Positions 1 through 13,365 of a stretch of DNA of 64,000 nt are shown in pieces (position 1 is the first letter of the stretch; every line of letters starts with the position of its first letter). The notes below the pieces were generated by a model. It was not told the DNA's origin, made no database searches, and worked only from the letters and a program-made list of their open reading frames with translations. The translations under genes were made by a program, and so were the position numbers. The stretch comes from Octopus sinensis (Eukaryota), in contig NC_043008.1 in NCBI RefSeq assembly GCF_006345805.1, positions 53,258,001 to 53,322,000 of the forward strand. Direction: 5' to 3'.

Positions 1-87
1 ATCAACAGCAATGAAAGCTAAAAGCTAAAAGCTAAAAGCTAAAAGTACATGTACTGTTCAAAGAATAAAACGCAACATGACACATCT

Positions 88-345
88 TCATCATCGTCAT
101 CATGATCATCATTTACTGTCCATTTTCCATACTGGCATCAGACAGATGGTTTGACAGGAGCTGGCTCTATAGCTGTTTTAGCAGGGTTTTTATGACTGGA
201 TGGCCCTTCCTAATGCCAACCTCTTCACAGAGTGTACTGGGTACTTTTAAGTAGCACCGGACAGGGGATTTTACATTGAACCAGAACAGGTGCTTTTTAC
301 ATGGTGCCAGCACCCACAAGCCCACAAGATTAGGAATGCTCAGCT
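88..345 (-). mobile_element. Degenerate retroposon copy, family with (GAT)n tail ('family E')
   Basis: Reverse complement resembles the 61.3-61.5 kb copy: gttggcattaggaagggccatccag ... gtatggaaaatggacagtaaatgatgat, followed by a (CAT)n tract. Confidence 0.7.
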
Positions 346-1523
346 GACAAAAGACACAAGGGGCTTGCCTGTATGCAACACCCACATTTCACACAAATGT
401 GAAAAGTCAAAGTGCATTAAAGAGAATTTTTGAAAGATGCTGTGTCTTCACAGCTAATAACAGACACACTTAGTTTATTCTATGCTTTTGCCATTCTGAA
501 AAGGAAAAAAACGGAACAAAAAAATTATTTCGAGGAAAATAATTTCTGGAAATAGAATAGACAGGACAAGACCAGAGTAGAGACGTGAAGAACAGAAAGT
601 CACTGAAGAGATCACAGAATGTGTGACAAAAGAATTGTGACAATAAAGTTAAAGTGAAGATCAAATAAATAGTGTGTGTGGTTATTGGTAAAAAAAGAAA
701 AAGAAAATGACCATCCCCAAATATAACAGTATTTCTGAAAAATTCAAATGCAAAATCATAAAGAAAGGATTAAATATAGTGAAGTTTTTAACATTTAACG
801 TTTAGTTATTCCAAACATTATTTAGGTTCACAAAAGTTTTGAAAATAAACTGATTATAAAACACAAGATTTCGGGCAAAAAACAGATCTTTAGCTACAGG
901 AAATCTCTCTTCATAAACATTCTACAATTAAGTTTAAATCTAAAACAATAAAAAAAACTATAACTGCGTAAGTGTTCACAAAATTAACGAAGTGAACCAA
1001 AACAAAAAATATGGAATTAATGAAGGTTACTCTCGTCATGTGGTAACTAATGTTAATGAAATAGATGATGCTAAAGGGGTGACAACTCTGTAATTTTAAT
1101 TAATTAAAATTAGCTCTATGCATACAATGGAGATTTGGATGAGGGACCTAGAATGGTTTTGATGATACAGATTCACTTGTGTGATCCTCTAAATCACCTG
1201 CTCATTGATTTAACATGCAAACGGCCAACTATTCCACAAACACATGTAAGTCTCTATTAAAATCAGCAACACAGTGCATGATAAGTTTATTTCTTTGAAT
1301 TACAAGTACACTCTACCTGAGAGGCATCTCTACAGTTTCCATTTACTCAATTTCACTCAAAAATTATAAATCAATCAGAAGCTGTAGAAAAAAAACTGGG
1401 TTACATCATGCAGTCGGATGAGCCCTAGGACCTAGTTGTTGTTCATCCATAGTGTGGTGGCTACAGATTATTATTATTATTATTATTATTATATTATTAT
1501 TATTATTATTATTATTATTGTTA

Positions 1524-2078
1524 TTGTGTAGGAGAGCAGTGCATGCCATCAAAGTGAGACAGGGGTAAAATATACGAAGCCCAGTATACCCATCATGACT
1601 ACCCACATGATAAGGGTACACTAGGTACATGCATCACAACCATATGTGCATGACATAGTAATCTCATATCAAGATAAACAGCACATGACCTTGCAGGTGG
1701 GGCCCAGTTAGAATTTTCTTCTGGTCGAGTAACCCCTCCTGCTCAAAAAGTCCCTGAATAAGGGTTGTTTAAGGATGTTGAACAAACCACCCATGTTTCC
1801 AGAGCTGAATTATTCAAACCCCAAAGAATCCCTCTCAACGCATGGCTATGATGCTCCCCCACTACTTCTGCTCGTGATCAGAGATGCACATATCGTCAGC
1901 CACTAAGGGAAATGCTTAACTGGTTAAGGTCAAACAAGTGACAAGCAAATCTGTGGTATTGAGCAGAATATTTGCTGTGGACCATCTTTCATACCAAGAC
2001 AAAACAATGTAGATGAAAGCACTTCCAATCAGTTAAAATCAGAAGTCATGAGAGCCACTGCCTGGTACTGCATCAGGC
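1524..2078 (-). mobile_element. ~560-bp interspersed repeat bounded by (AAT)n ('family F')
   Basis: Near-colinear inverted homologue of 7388-7944 (ctgatgcagtaccaggcagtggctctcatg ... gatggcatgc); (TAT)n tracts on both sides. Confidence 0.85.
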
Positions 2079-2102
2079 CAAGTCACTGTCTGGCACTGCT
2101 AC

Positions 2103-2217
<115 letters not shown>

Positions 2218-2230
2218 GTATCATCATTAT

Positions 2231-2875
2231 TAAGGCACTGAGCTGGCAGAATCGTTAGCATGCTGGACGAAATGCTTAACAGCATTTCATGAATCAACTT
2301 ACTTACTTACTTGTTTCAGTCATTTGACTGTGGCCATGCTGGAGCACCACCTTTAGTCGAGCAAATCAACCCCAGGACTTATTCTTTGTAAACCTGGTAC
2401 CTATACTGTCGGTCTCTTTTGCCAAACTGCTAAGTGACGGGGACATAAACACACCAGCATCAGTTGTCAAGCGATGTTGGTGGGACGAACACAGACACAC
2501 AAACATATACACACACATACATACATATATATATATATACACTTATATACGACGGGCTTCTTTCAGTTTCTGTCTACCAAATCCACTCACAAGGCTTTGG
2601 TTGGCCTGAGGCTATAGTAGAAGACACTTGCCCAAGGCATCACACAGTGGGACTGAACCCGGAACCATGTGGTTCATAAGCAAGCTACTTACCACACAGC
2701 TACTCCTACGCCTAGTTCAAATTCCACCAATGTCAACTTTGCCTTTGGTCCTTTGAAGGTCAGTAAAAACAAATACCAGTTGGCCGCCAGAGAGGTGGGT
2801 TGATGTAATCAACTTATCCCCTTCCCCCAGAAGTGCTGGCCTTGTGCCAAAATTCTAAATCACTATTAACTAATG
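2231..2875 (+). mobile_element. tRNA-derived SINE family B, split by a family A insertion
   Basis: Head gagctggcagaatcgttagcatgctggacgaaatgctt at 2231-2289; body gttcaaattccaccaatgtcaactttgccttt ... ccttgtgccaaaattc resumes at about 2716. Confidence 0.75.
2306..2707 (-). mobile_element. SINE family A (tRNA-like head, CORE-like ccttgggcaagt motif, internal microsatellite), full length
   Basis: Minus strand reads ggagtagctgtgtggtaagtagcttgctt ... gccttgggcaagtgtcttctactatagcc ... gctccagcatggccacagtcaaatgactgaaacaagtaa. Confidence 0.9.
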
Positions 2876-3676
2876 TCAAACATAATTTGTAATAAAAAAA
2901 CATAAGCACTGTCCTTATCACATCAGGTGAGATAGTCATTTAAACCATTTCATACTTTAGATTATAATTTTTTTTTTTGTTCCCAACTTAAATAAGATGA
3001 ATTTGGTTTTTTAGTTTCAGATTCACTTTTTGGCTTAAATTTTCTTCTTGAAAGTATTTTCTATCACAGAAAATACTTCAAGTGAACTAATTAGTAATTT
3101 TGAAACTAATGGAGCTAATTACACTCGTGTATGGCTGAGGTGATAGTCGACTGGCTGGCAGATTACACAGAGACATTATCTGCAATGAAAACAACAGTTA
3201 AGTTAATGAATAGAGGAATCACTAATGGGAAAATCTCAAAGTCAATCAATTAAAATATATCAGATGTTGTAGGCATGCATCACAATTTTGGTTAATATGG
3301 TGAAGACTTTCAATTACTAATGAGGTCTAATAAGATTGAAATATGTCCTGAGTTAATTATAGATATATATATATATATATATATATATAAGTTTTTCTAA
3401 TGGCGTCTGCCACTGATGTCGAAAAACGAACAGTAAGCATAATTAAATCTCAGAATGAGATTGAAACAGTAATCGCTCGATAATGTAAAGTATAGAAGCC
3501 ATCTTATCATGGCTAACCACATTGGGGAGGGGGTGTTACTGTAGCTTTATAGCCCCAAGAGATCTTCGTCTCTAGCTGGCTCTAAACACAATATCTGTGT
3601 CTTTGGAGTATTTGCAAAGGGAGGCCATCCCTTCCTCGCAAGCCTGAGTGATACGCTCGGACTAATATATACATGT

Positions 3677-4044
3677 AGGTGCATGTGTAGCTGTGTGGTA
3701 AGTTGGTAAGTAGCTTGCTTACCAACCACATGGTCCCAGGTTCAGTCCCACTGAAACTGAAAGAAGTCCATCGTATGTATATATGTGTGTGTGTGACAGT
3801 ATGAGTGCATGTATGTGTGCGTTGTGTGTGTGTGTATATGTGTCTGTGTTTGCCCCCCCCCCCCCCATCGATTCTCAACCGATTTTGGAGTGCTTACATC
3901 CCAGTAACTCTGCGGTTTAGCAAAAAATGGAATAAGTACTAGGCTTACAAACAATAAGTCCTGGGGTCAATTTGTTCCACTGAAGGCACTGCTCCAGCAT
4001 GGCCACAGTCGTATGACTGAAACAAATAAAAGAATAAAAGAATA
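3677..4044 (+). mobile_element. SINE family A with internal deletion
   Basis: Head gctgtgtggtaag...cagtcccactg joined directly to aaactgaaagaag; tail atgactgaaacaaataaaagaataaaaga. Confidence 0.85.
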
Positions 4045-4057
4045 TATATATATATAT

Positions 4058-4107
<50 letters not shown>

Positions 4108-5119
4108 TATAGAGAGAGAGAGAGAGAGAGAGAGTATATATATTAATATATATGTATGCATGTATGTATGTATGTGTTTTTGTTGTCCCCCTCCCCCATC
4201 ACTTGACAAATGATGTTCTCTTGCTTATGTCCGTGTGTCTTATCAGTTCAGCAAAAGATACCAGTGGAAGAAGTACCAAATAATACTGGTGTGAATTTAT
4301 AAGACTAAACCTTTCAAAGCTGTGTCACAATATGGCTGCTATCCAATGATTGAAACAGGTAAAAGGCACAAAATAAATGACAATACATTAGTGGACACAG
4401 CAGAATTGAATGAATAAGAAGTTTACAATGCCAAGGCTCCACATCCAATCCCAGAGTGTAGCATCTTGGGCAAATGTCATTTACTATAACTTCAGTTGAA
4501 TCCTAACCTTCTGAATGAAACTGTGTGGAGAGAAAATACTTGGAAATGTGTAAGATGAATTTTACTTGTAATTAAAAAGCCTGGCCTTGTCATGCACTCT
4601 GCTATGCTGATTCTATCTTAGAATTAGAATTAGATTAATTCTTTAGTGTTTAAACCAGCCATATCTGGTCCAAATATTCTATACATTTTTATGTCCAAAA
4701 CCGTCAGATCCAGTTTCCTGCACCTTTCATATAATATCATACTAGAAACAAGCAATCACATCATCAAAATTTTGAAACTATGGGAAATTGGATGATTAAT
4801 AAAGAAATGATATGAACAAACAAGTGTACTAAATAATAAAAAGTTCTGAATACTAAAAGAGAGATACACTGTCACTGCCCTGACCAGATATGAATCATTG
4901 TTGAAGGAAAACACCATGGATTACAAGACCAAGTGAAAAATCATGGAGAAGTACAAAATTTATTTTAACATTAGCAGAAAATTTGTGTTTGTATGTATGT
5001 ATTTAGGTATGCATACATGTACATATATACATATGCATGTATCTGTTTATATGTATGCATGTATGCCTTTTGTTTTTAACTATTAGAATTCTTCCTGGAA
5101 ACAAGAAACTGGTCTCTAT

Positions 5120-5120
5120 G

Positions 5121-5154
<34 letters not shown>

Positions 5155-5160
5155 TGTATG

Positions 5161-5191
<31 letters not shown>

Positions 5192-5410
5192 GTATGTATG
5201 TATGTATGTAAGTATGTATGTATGTATGTATGTAGTATGTTATGTATGTATGTATGTATGTATGTATGTATGTATATATGTAAGTATGTATTAAGTATGT
5301 ATGTATGTATGTTATGTATGTATGTATGTATGTATGTATATATGAAGTATGTATGTAAGTATGTATGTATGTAGTATGTAGGTATGTTATGTATGTATGT
5401 ATGTAAGTAG

Positions 5411-5441
<31 letters not shown>

Positions 5442-5458
5442 GTATGTATGTAAGTATG

Positions 5459-5489
<31 letters not shown>

Positions 5490-5640
5490 GTACGTATGTA
5501 AGTATGTATGTATGTATGTATGTATGTAAGTATGTATGTAAGTATGATGCATGTATGTATGTATGTATGTATGTATGTATGTATGTATGTGTGTATGTAT
5601 GTATGTATGTATGTGTGTATGTGTGTGTGTGTGTGTGTGT
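5120..5640. repeat. Long imperfect (TATG)n tetranucleotide array, embedded in TA/TG-rich low-complexity DNA from about 4985 to 6130
   Basis: Direct reading; explains the YIHT/MYVC-type ORFs. Confidence 0.95.
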
Positions 5641-6139
5641 GTCTGTATATAGATACATACATAGATATCAATGTATTTGATTATACGTGTGTGTATATAT
5701 ATGTCCCTTAACTTTATATCTATTTGAATTCTTTCTATATATGTGTGTATGTGTGTTGTATCTGTATATTTATGTATGAATGTAGATATAAACATATATA
5801 TGTGTGTATTTGTGTATATATGTGTGTATATATTGCATTTGTTCTATGAGAATTCTTCCTGGAGGGAAGAAGATGATTTCACTCATTGTATCTATTCATG
5901 TGTGTATAGCATATGCGTATATTAAATGTCTGTATGTGTGTATGCATTATATACACACATATTTGTATGTGTAAATACATTATGTACATATATATGTATG
6001 CATGTATGTATATGCATATGTATATATGCATGTGTGTATATATGTATGTCTGTCAGTATATGCATGTATGCATGTATATATGTATGTATGTATGTATGTA
6101 CATACGTACATATACACGTATGTATGTATACATTGTTAA

Positions 6140-6208
6140 CAACTAAAGGCAGTGCTCCAGCATGGCTGCAGTCAAATGACTGAAACAAATAAAAGAGTAA
6201 AAGAGTAA
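6140..6208 (+). mobile_element. Isolated SINE family A 3' tail
   Basis: actaaaggcagtgctccagcatggctgcagtcaaatgactgaaacaaataaaagagtaaaagagta. Confidence 0.8.
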
Positions 6209-6684
6209 CTATGGATCTGTTTTAGTGGTGGGATTTTTCTTTACATTACCTGTGGTGCCAGGTAACTACAGGTTTCCATTAAACTCATAAATACATAGCT
6301 TGAAGAAAACATTCTAACAATTTACACTTTTGTATAAATAAATGTGCAAATTGCATGCACAGCGATAGTTTTCACCTTCATTAATAGCTCATACCTGGAG
6401 AAAAACTTTTTACATTACAAGCAGCATATTATACACGAACATGATAAGATATGCTGCATAGACACAATATTAAACACCAGTAAAATATTCCCCATGTAGG
6501 ACCATGACAAAACCAAATAGAAATATATAGCTAAAATGCAATTTCTTTCAATACATATATATATATATTATCTCTAATTTATATTTTATATATATATATT
6601 TATATACATATATATATATTTTTTTTATCTCTAATTATATTTTATATACATATATATATATATATACATTATAATATATATATA

Positions 6685-6738
<54 letters not shown>

Positions 6739-6810
6739 AGATAATATTATGTATATATATATATATGTATATATATATATCATCGTTTTTATATGTATAT
6801 ATATATTATG

Positions 6811-6859
<49 letters not shown>

Positions 6860-7173
6860 GCATGCATACACACACACATATATATATGTATATGTATGTA
6901 TATGTACATAAAGAGAGACAGACAAAGAGAGTTGCTGCATGATACAAGACATTAATATACATTATAAATTGTAAACGTTATTGTTAATAATAATTTTTTA
7001 GACTATTAACATCTTCTTTCGAGATGAAAGTATTTTTTCTCGATCTCAAAGTTACGTTTCAATTGGTTTGATTTATTTTGTCATTTGATGTCTTGTGCTG
7101 GTTCTATACACATTACCGTGACTGGTATTTAAAGTAGGAACATTTATGTCTAAGGTGACATGATGTATACTAT

Positions 7174-7215
<42 letters not shown>

Positions 7216-7226
7216 TAATAATAATA

Positions 7227-7257
<31 letters not shown>

Positions 7258-7387
7258 TCCTCATCATCGTTTAACATCTGCTTTCAATGCTAGCATGGGT
7301 TGTATGATTTGACTGAGATCTGGCGAACCAGATGGCTGCACCAGAATAATAATAATAATAATAATGATGATAATAATAATAATAATA

Positions 7388-7944
7388 GCCCTGATGCAGT
7401 ACCAGGCAGTGGCTCTCATGGCTTCTGATCTTAACTGATTGGAAGTGTTACCATGTACATTGTTTTGTCTTGGTATAAAAGATGGGCTACAGCAAATATT
7501 CTGCTCAATACCACAGATTTGCTTGTCAGTTGTTTGACCTTAACCAGTTGAGCATGTCCCTTAGTGGCTGACGATATGTGCATCTCTGATCATGAGCAGA
7601 AGTAGTGGGGGAGCATCATAGCCATGTGTTGAGAAGGATTCTTTGGGGTTTGAATAATTCACCTCTGGAAACAATGGGTGTTTCGTTCAACGTCCTTAAA
7701 ACCTTATTCAGGGATCTTTTGAGTGGGGGGATGGGTACTCGATCTGAAAGAAATTCTAACTGGGCCCCACCTGCAAGGTCATGTGCTGTTTATCTTGATA
7801 TGAGATCACCATGTCGCGCACATATGGTTGTGATACATGTGCCTGGTGTACCCTTATCAGACGGGTAGTCATGATGGGTATACTGGGCTTTGTATATTTT
7901 ACCCCAGTGTCATTTTGATGGCATGCTCTGCTCGCTCACTCAAT
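7388..7944 (+). mobile_element. ~560-bp interspersed repeat bounded by (AAT)n ('family F')
   Basis: Homologous to 1524-2078; (AAT)n immediately 5' and 3'. Confidence 0.85.
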
Positions 7945-7951
7945 AATAATA

Positions 7952-7980
<29 letters not shown>

Positions 7981-7982
<2 letters not shown>

Positions 7983-8165
7983 CCTTTCTGCTATAGGCAC
8001 AAAGCCTGAAATTTGGAGGGAGGGGACTAGTCAATTACAACGTCCCCAGTGTTTCACTGGTACTTAGTTTATTGACCCTGAGAGAATGAAAGGCAAAGTC
8101 AGCTCAGCGACATTTAAACTCAAAACAGAAAGGCAGATGAAATGTCGCTAAGCCCAGCATGCTTC
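7981..8165 (-). mobile_element. SINE family B
   Basis: Reverse complement contains ctttgcctttcattctctcagggtcaataaactaagtaccag and the tail ggctttgtgcctatagcagaaaggat. Confidence 0.75.
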
Positions 8166-8472
8166 ATAATAATAATAATAATAATAATAATGCTTTCAAA
8201 TTTTGGCACAAGACCAGCAATTTGAAGGGGGTGAGCGAGTCAATTACATCAACCCCAGTGATCAATGCTTATATGTATGTAAGAAATAACAGCAATAACG
8301 TTTAATAGATGTTGCTTACTGCAAGTTATGGATGATTCTTTTATGACTTCATTGCTCTCAGGCTTAGCTTAAGGTATTTTCATACCAAACATCACAAAAT
8401 GTGTCTGAATAAACATTGCCGGACAGCAAATAGAGACTCAGGCATTGCTTGGAAAATAATTTTCATTTTTAA

Positions 8473-8550
8473 CCTCGTGTATAATACGCACTAGGGATTT
8501 TGACCTTTAAATTGGGGGAAAAAATGCAGATTATACTCGAGGATTTACGG
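8473..8550. mobile_element. Terminal fragment of a Tc1/pogo-like DNA transposon
   Basis: Ends gattatactcgaggatttacgg|ta, with a subterminal inverted copy cctcgtgtataatacgca; partner end not found. Confidence 0.4.
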
Positions 8551-8589
8551 TATGTGCATGTGTGTTTGTATGTATATGTATATGCATGT

Positions 8590-8822
8590 ATGTATGTATG
8601 TATCAAAGTGTGTGTCTTTGTGTTTCTACCCCACCACTGCCCGACAACTAGTGGTGATTTGTTTACAACCCCATGACTTAGCGATATGGCAATAAGAAAC
8701 TGACAGAGTAAATACCAGGCTCAAAAATAGGTACTCGAGTTGATTTGTTCGACTAAACTCTTCAAGGCAGTGCCCCAGCATGGCCACAGTCTGATGACTG
8801 AAACAAGTAAAAGCTAAAACAT
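8590..8822 (+). mobile_element. SINE family A, 3' half
   Basis: ccactgcccgacaac ... ccccagcatggccacagtctgatgactgaaacaagtaaaagctaaaa. Confidence 0.75.
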
Positions 8823-9233
8823 AAACTATGTTGACAGATGACATAGAGACGTCTCCTCATTAGTCTGATATTTTATGATTGTGGTTTTTAGGAAAACGAG
8901 AGCAAAAGATCGTCAGCTATGAGACAGGAATAATTTTTGTATTTACTGGAATCATAACATAAGCTTCTGAGAGAAGTTGATCAAAATTGAATTTGTAAAG
9001 TTAGATAACAACATCACCATCATCACCATTATCATCATCATCATCATCATCATCTTTATCATCTTCAAAGTGGAATCGCAATTAATTTCATAAAGTTAGG
9101 AGACATCATAGCAATTAGGTCATGTCTGAAAATTAATTACACTTGTACAGGGTAAAAAAAAAAAATTAAAAAAAAAAAAAACAACCAGGAAAGTAAAATG
9201 ATATGAATTTGTAGTGAAAGTTACCTTTCGCAG

Positions 9234-9283
9234 ACGTGGAATGAAAGAGATATCAAAATACCTGAGACTATTGGAAATGACAG
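9234..9283 (+). other. Candidate 50-bp exon; an overlapping minus-strand 37-bp alternative lies at 9225-9261
   Basis: ttacctttcgcag| ... CAG|gtaaga; open frames [16 protein letters not shown] and [16 protein letters not shown]; no recognisable homology. Confidence 0.25.
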
Positions 9284-9499
9284 GTAAGATAGTATAGGAT
9301 CAAATAATGAGGAAATATCACATACACACACACACACATATATATATATAAATGTATATGTATAGATATATATAGATATGAATGTATAGATATATATATA
9401 TGTATAGATATATATACATGTGTATATACATACATATATATAAGTATGTATATGTGTGTGTATATATATATATATATGTATAGATACATATATATATAA

Positions 9500-9540
<41 letters not shown>

Positions 9541-9541
<1 letters not shown>

Positions 9542-9940
9542 GGCACAGGAGTGTCTGTGTGGTAAGTAGCTTGCTTACTAACTACATCATTCGGGGTTCA
9601 TTACCACTGTGTGGCACTTTGGAAAAGTGTCTTCTACTATAGCCTCGAGCTGACCAAAGCCTTGTTAGTGGATTTGGTAGATGGAAACTGAAAGAAGCCC
9701 GTCGTTTATATGTATATATATATATATGTATGTGTGTTTATGTGTTTGTGTTTGTCCCCCAACACTGCTTGACAACCGATGGTGGTGTGTTTACATCCCC
9801 CTAACTTAGCAGTTCAGCAAAAGAGACTGATAGAATTAAGTACTAGGCTTACAAAGAATAAATCATAGGGTCAATTTTCTCGACTCAAGGTGGTACTCCA
9901 GCATGGCCATAGTCAAATGACTGAAATAAGTAAAAGAGTA
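9541..9940 (+). mobile_element. SINE family A, full length
   Basis: caggagtgtctgtgtggtaagtagcttgctt ... atgactgaaataagtaaaagagta. Confidence 0.9.
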
Positions 9941-10343
9941 TGAATGATGCATTTAGAAACATACAGGAAAGGGGAGAGAGATGCTTTAAGTATGTGCGTG
10001 TATATATATATTTATGTAGGAGAAAAAAACGGATGTAATAATAAGGGGAAACTCGTGGTTTTCTCTGGTATGCCTTTAATTTAGTTAGATAACAAAGCAT
10101 ACCCATGAAAACCACAAGTTTTCCATTGTTGTTATATCCATTTTCTTCTATATAACCTAAACTACGGTTTACCAACTGAACCACCGGCTTCCATACAACC
10201 TTACAAAAGACTGTACCTACCCAGGTAATAACCAGGAGTGACTTTGGATTTAATTATCCCTTAGAGGTATTAAACCCTTGTAACTGAACCCATGCTAGCA
10301 TGGAAAACGGACGCTAAACGATGATGATGATGATGTGATGATG

Positions 10344-10378
<35 letters not shown>

Positions 10379-11114
10379 AAGAGATATATTTAGAATTTGA
10401 AAGTTACACACATGCAGTGTCTTTGTGCGTGTGGTTGTGCTAAAGTACTTTATGACCCTGTTCACTTAATCATTTCTCAAATTGTGTGCAAGTGCAACCA
10501 GATGCACCAGTAAACATTTTTAAAAACATTTGATTTTGAAAAGCATTTTGAGGTCATTAATTTTTAAATTCAGTTCAGTCTGTCATTTTAAACTTCAATT
10601 CAATAAAAAAAAGTCTTAGTTTTAATTTTATAAATAATCTATCTTCTGCACATAGTTTATTTTCTGACCTTGACTCCTTGTGTATCATTATAAATCTGTG
10701 GCACCACAAATGTGTAGTCTTATCTATTAACTGTTTGTTTGATTTTTGAGGAATGGTAAATCTTAATTCATCTTCATCTTCTGCATTTTCTTTTGTTGAG
10801 GAGGAATTTCATTGTAATTAGAAAGAAATTATTTCTCCTTTTCACCTGTTTTAATTATTTTATGTTAGGTCTTCTTTCAAATGTTCTCTTTTTCTCATTT
10901 ATCCATTTGTATTTTCACCAACCATTTGTAAATTGTTAACTGTAATTCGTAGTTCTTCATCATTGCATAATGACAGTGTGGTACTGTTAGGAGATAAGGT
11001 GTTGGAAATTATGTCTCTAAAACTAGAGATATCATATACCTTGAGTATTCTAAAATTGGGGTTTTTTCTTGTTCTTTGTGTTATTGCTGTTGATCTTCAT
11101 TATTACCTGGCCCC

Positions 11115-11333
11115 AGGGCAGTGATCTGGCAGAATGATTAGCTACCATGCAAAATGCTTAGCAGCATTTCGTCCTTCTTTACATTCTAAGTTCAAATTCT
11201 GCTGAGGTTGACTTTGTATTTCATTCTTTCAGGGTCAATAAAATAAGTACTAGTTGAATACTGGGGTTGGTGTAATTTACTTACCCCCTCTTCCAAAATT
11301 GCTGGCCTTGTACCAAATTCTGAAACCATTATT
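11115..11333 (+). mobile_element. SINE family B
   Basis: gatctggcagaatgattagc ... gttcaaattctgctgaggttgactttgtatttcattctttcagggtcaataaaataagtac. Confidence 0.8.
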
Positions 11334-11379
11334 AACCTACCCACGTGTTTTTCACTTAACCATTCCAGTTTTTCTGGAC

Positions 11380-11570
11380 ATTGAGCTCTGAAATGAATTC
11401 TACTTTAACAAATGCAGCACAGCTAGGCTTTCTCCTATATATAAGCCTTTGTCTAGGTGCTACACTGGACTAAGCACAGTTGTTGTGTCGTTAGGATTTG
11501 CAAATCTATTCTGATGCCTCCATCCCATGCCAGACCACATTTCAAACATCCTTTAAGACTGCTTTCATAA
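11380..11570 (-). mobile_element. Highly decayed RTE-like LINE 3' fragment
   Basis: Minus strand (with frameshift) resembles the RTE ORF2 C-terminal Y-KD-LK..LK.C motif; stops present. Confidence 0.3.
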
Positions 11571-11628
11571 TTCACTCATACAGCAATACAGACGTAGCAA
11601 TTACCCAAAGATAAAGATATATATATAT

Positions 11629-11673
<45 letters not shown>

Positions 11674-11764
11674 ATATATATCTACACAGACACACAAACA
11701 TAAACACACACATACACACACACACACACACACACAACACACACACACATATATATACATATAT

Positions 11765-11918
11765 ACGACGGGCTTCTTTCTACCAAATCCACTCACGAAT
11801 CTTTGGTTGGCCCAAGGCTAAAGTAGAAGACACTTGCCCAAAGTGCAATGCAGTGGGACTGAACCCAGAACCATGTGGTTGGGAAACAAGGTTCTTACCA
11901 CACAGCCACTCCTGCACC
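11765..11918 (-). mobile_element. SINE family A, 5' half
   Basis: gacacttgcccaaag ... gggactgaacccagaaccatgtggtt ... ccacacagccactcctg. Confidence 0.85.
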
Positions 11919-12013
11919 CATATGTGTAAATATATTTTTAAAAGTTTATGAAACAAACCATTTTTTGGCAGTTGCCTCATATGTGTGTTGGTAGAAGTAC
12001 AGTTAATTGTACG

Positions 12014-12250
12014 AAGGCACCAAGCTGGCAGAAACGTTAGCACGCCGGGCGAAATGCTTAGCAGCATTTCATCTGCCGGTACATTCTGAGTTCAAATTCC
12101 GCCAAGGTCGACTTTGGTTTTCATCCTTTCGGTGTCAATAAATTAAGTACCAGTTACGCACTGGTGTCGATGTAATCGACTTAATCCCTTTGTCTGTCCT
12201 AGTTTGTCCCCTCTGTGTTTAGCCCCTTGTGGGTAATAAAGAAATAATAA
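12014..12250 (+). mobile_element. SINE family B, young full-length copy
   Basis: aagctggcagaaacgttagcacgccgggcgaaatgcttagc ... gttcaaattccgccaaggtcgactttggttttcatcctttcgg ... gccccttgtgggtaataaagaaat; CpGs retained. Confidence 0.9.
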
Positions 12251-12692
12251 GTACAGTCAATTATACTGACCCTAGTGGTTAACTAATTATTTTTCTCTAT
12301 TCGCCCCTGAACATTAAAAAGCAATATCAACCTTGGCAGGATTTGAACTCAGAACATAAGGTAGAGAAACAAATGCCACAACCGAAATTATCCCTCGTTC
12401 TATTCATTCTGCCAATCCAGTGATGTTTCTTGGCAACGCTACCAATACAATAATGGCAGTCTTGTAATACATTAACAAAACCGTATTGCTTTGATGTCTC
12501 AGAGCAGAAGAATATGGTAATTAGTCACAGAACATTAGAGCAGCACCAGACATATTTATCACACGATAGATAACTAATCAAACATTCGTTAGTGCAAGCT
12601 AACGATGAGGTCTCTCTATCATTGGTTGATCTGTTAAATGGAGCAGCCAAATGCCTTTCAAAGCGCTCATCACTATTCTTTATATTTTTTTT

Positions 12693-12862
12693 TATTCTTT
12701 TACTTGTTTCAGTCATTTGACTGTGGCCATGCCGGAGAGTTATAGTTGAATAAACTGAACCCAGGACTTATTCTTTGTAAGCCTAGTGCTTATTCTATTG
12801 GTCTCTTTTGCCAAACTGCTAAGTTATGGGGATGTAAACACACCAGCATCGGTTGTCAAGCA
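12693..12862 (-). mobile_element. SINE family A, 3' half
   Basis: cttttacttgtttcagtcatttgactgtggccatg ... accagcatcggttgtcaagc. Confidence 0.8.
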
Positions 12863-12882
12863 ATATATACATACACACAAAC

Positions 12883-12913
<31 letters not shown>

Positions 12914-12992
12914 ATATATATATAATATATATATATTATATATATATATATATATCACATACATATATATACATGTATATATGTATATACGT

Positions 12993-13283
12993 GGAGGCGC
13001 AATGGCCCAGTGGTTAGGACAGCGGACCCGCGATCGTAGGATCGTGGTTTCAATTCCCAACCGTTGTGAGTGTTTATTGAACAAAAACTCCTAAAAGCTC
13101 CACGAGCCTCCAGCAGGGGGTGGTGGCAATCCCTGCTGCACTCTTTCGCCACAACTTTCTCTCACTCTTTCTTCTGTTGGTCTGCTTGCTTAGCCAGCAG
13201 GGTGGTGTCATTTGAAGGCTAAAACAATGTGAAGCGCATTGTGACCAGCGATGTGTAGCAACATCTGATAGCCTGGTCCATCA
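12993..13283 (+). mobile_element. tRNA-derived SINE family C
   Basis: A-box-like tggcccagtggttagg and B-box-like ggtttcaattccc; body shared with 33556-33850 (ctctttcgccacaactttctctcactcttt). Confidence 0.85.
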
Positions 13284-13350
13284 TAGGATCGAAATCGTAA
13301 TCCTACGACTGCGAGTCCACTGCCCTAACCACTGGACCATTGCACCTCCA
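13284..13350 (-). mobile_element. Isolated tRNA-like head of family C, inverted relative to the adjacent copy
   Basis: Reverse complement tggaggtgcaatggtccagtggttagggcagtggactcgcagtcgtaggattacgatttcgatcct. Confidence 0.8.
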
Positions 13351-13365
13351 CATATATATATATAT

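Noticed and set aside
598-645. Hammerhead-like CTGAAGA...CAAAA motif
   Set aside because: It has no GAAA, the cleavage position would be G, and there is no paralogue in the window.
5037-6188. Long ORFs up to 239 aa (YIHT/MYVC repeats)
   Set aside because: They are translations of (TATG)n/(TG)n microsatellites and are open in several frames on both strands.
8789-8806. CTGATGA-CTGAAAC in SINE A tails (also about 59353)
   Set aside because: There is no stem II; it is a variant of the consensus caaatgactgaaac tail.
12993-13065. tRNA genes at SINE heads (also 14728, 24241, 33556, 39925)
   Set aside because: A/B boxes are present, but they continue into SINE bodies; no complete cloverleaf or terminator could be established.
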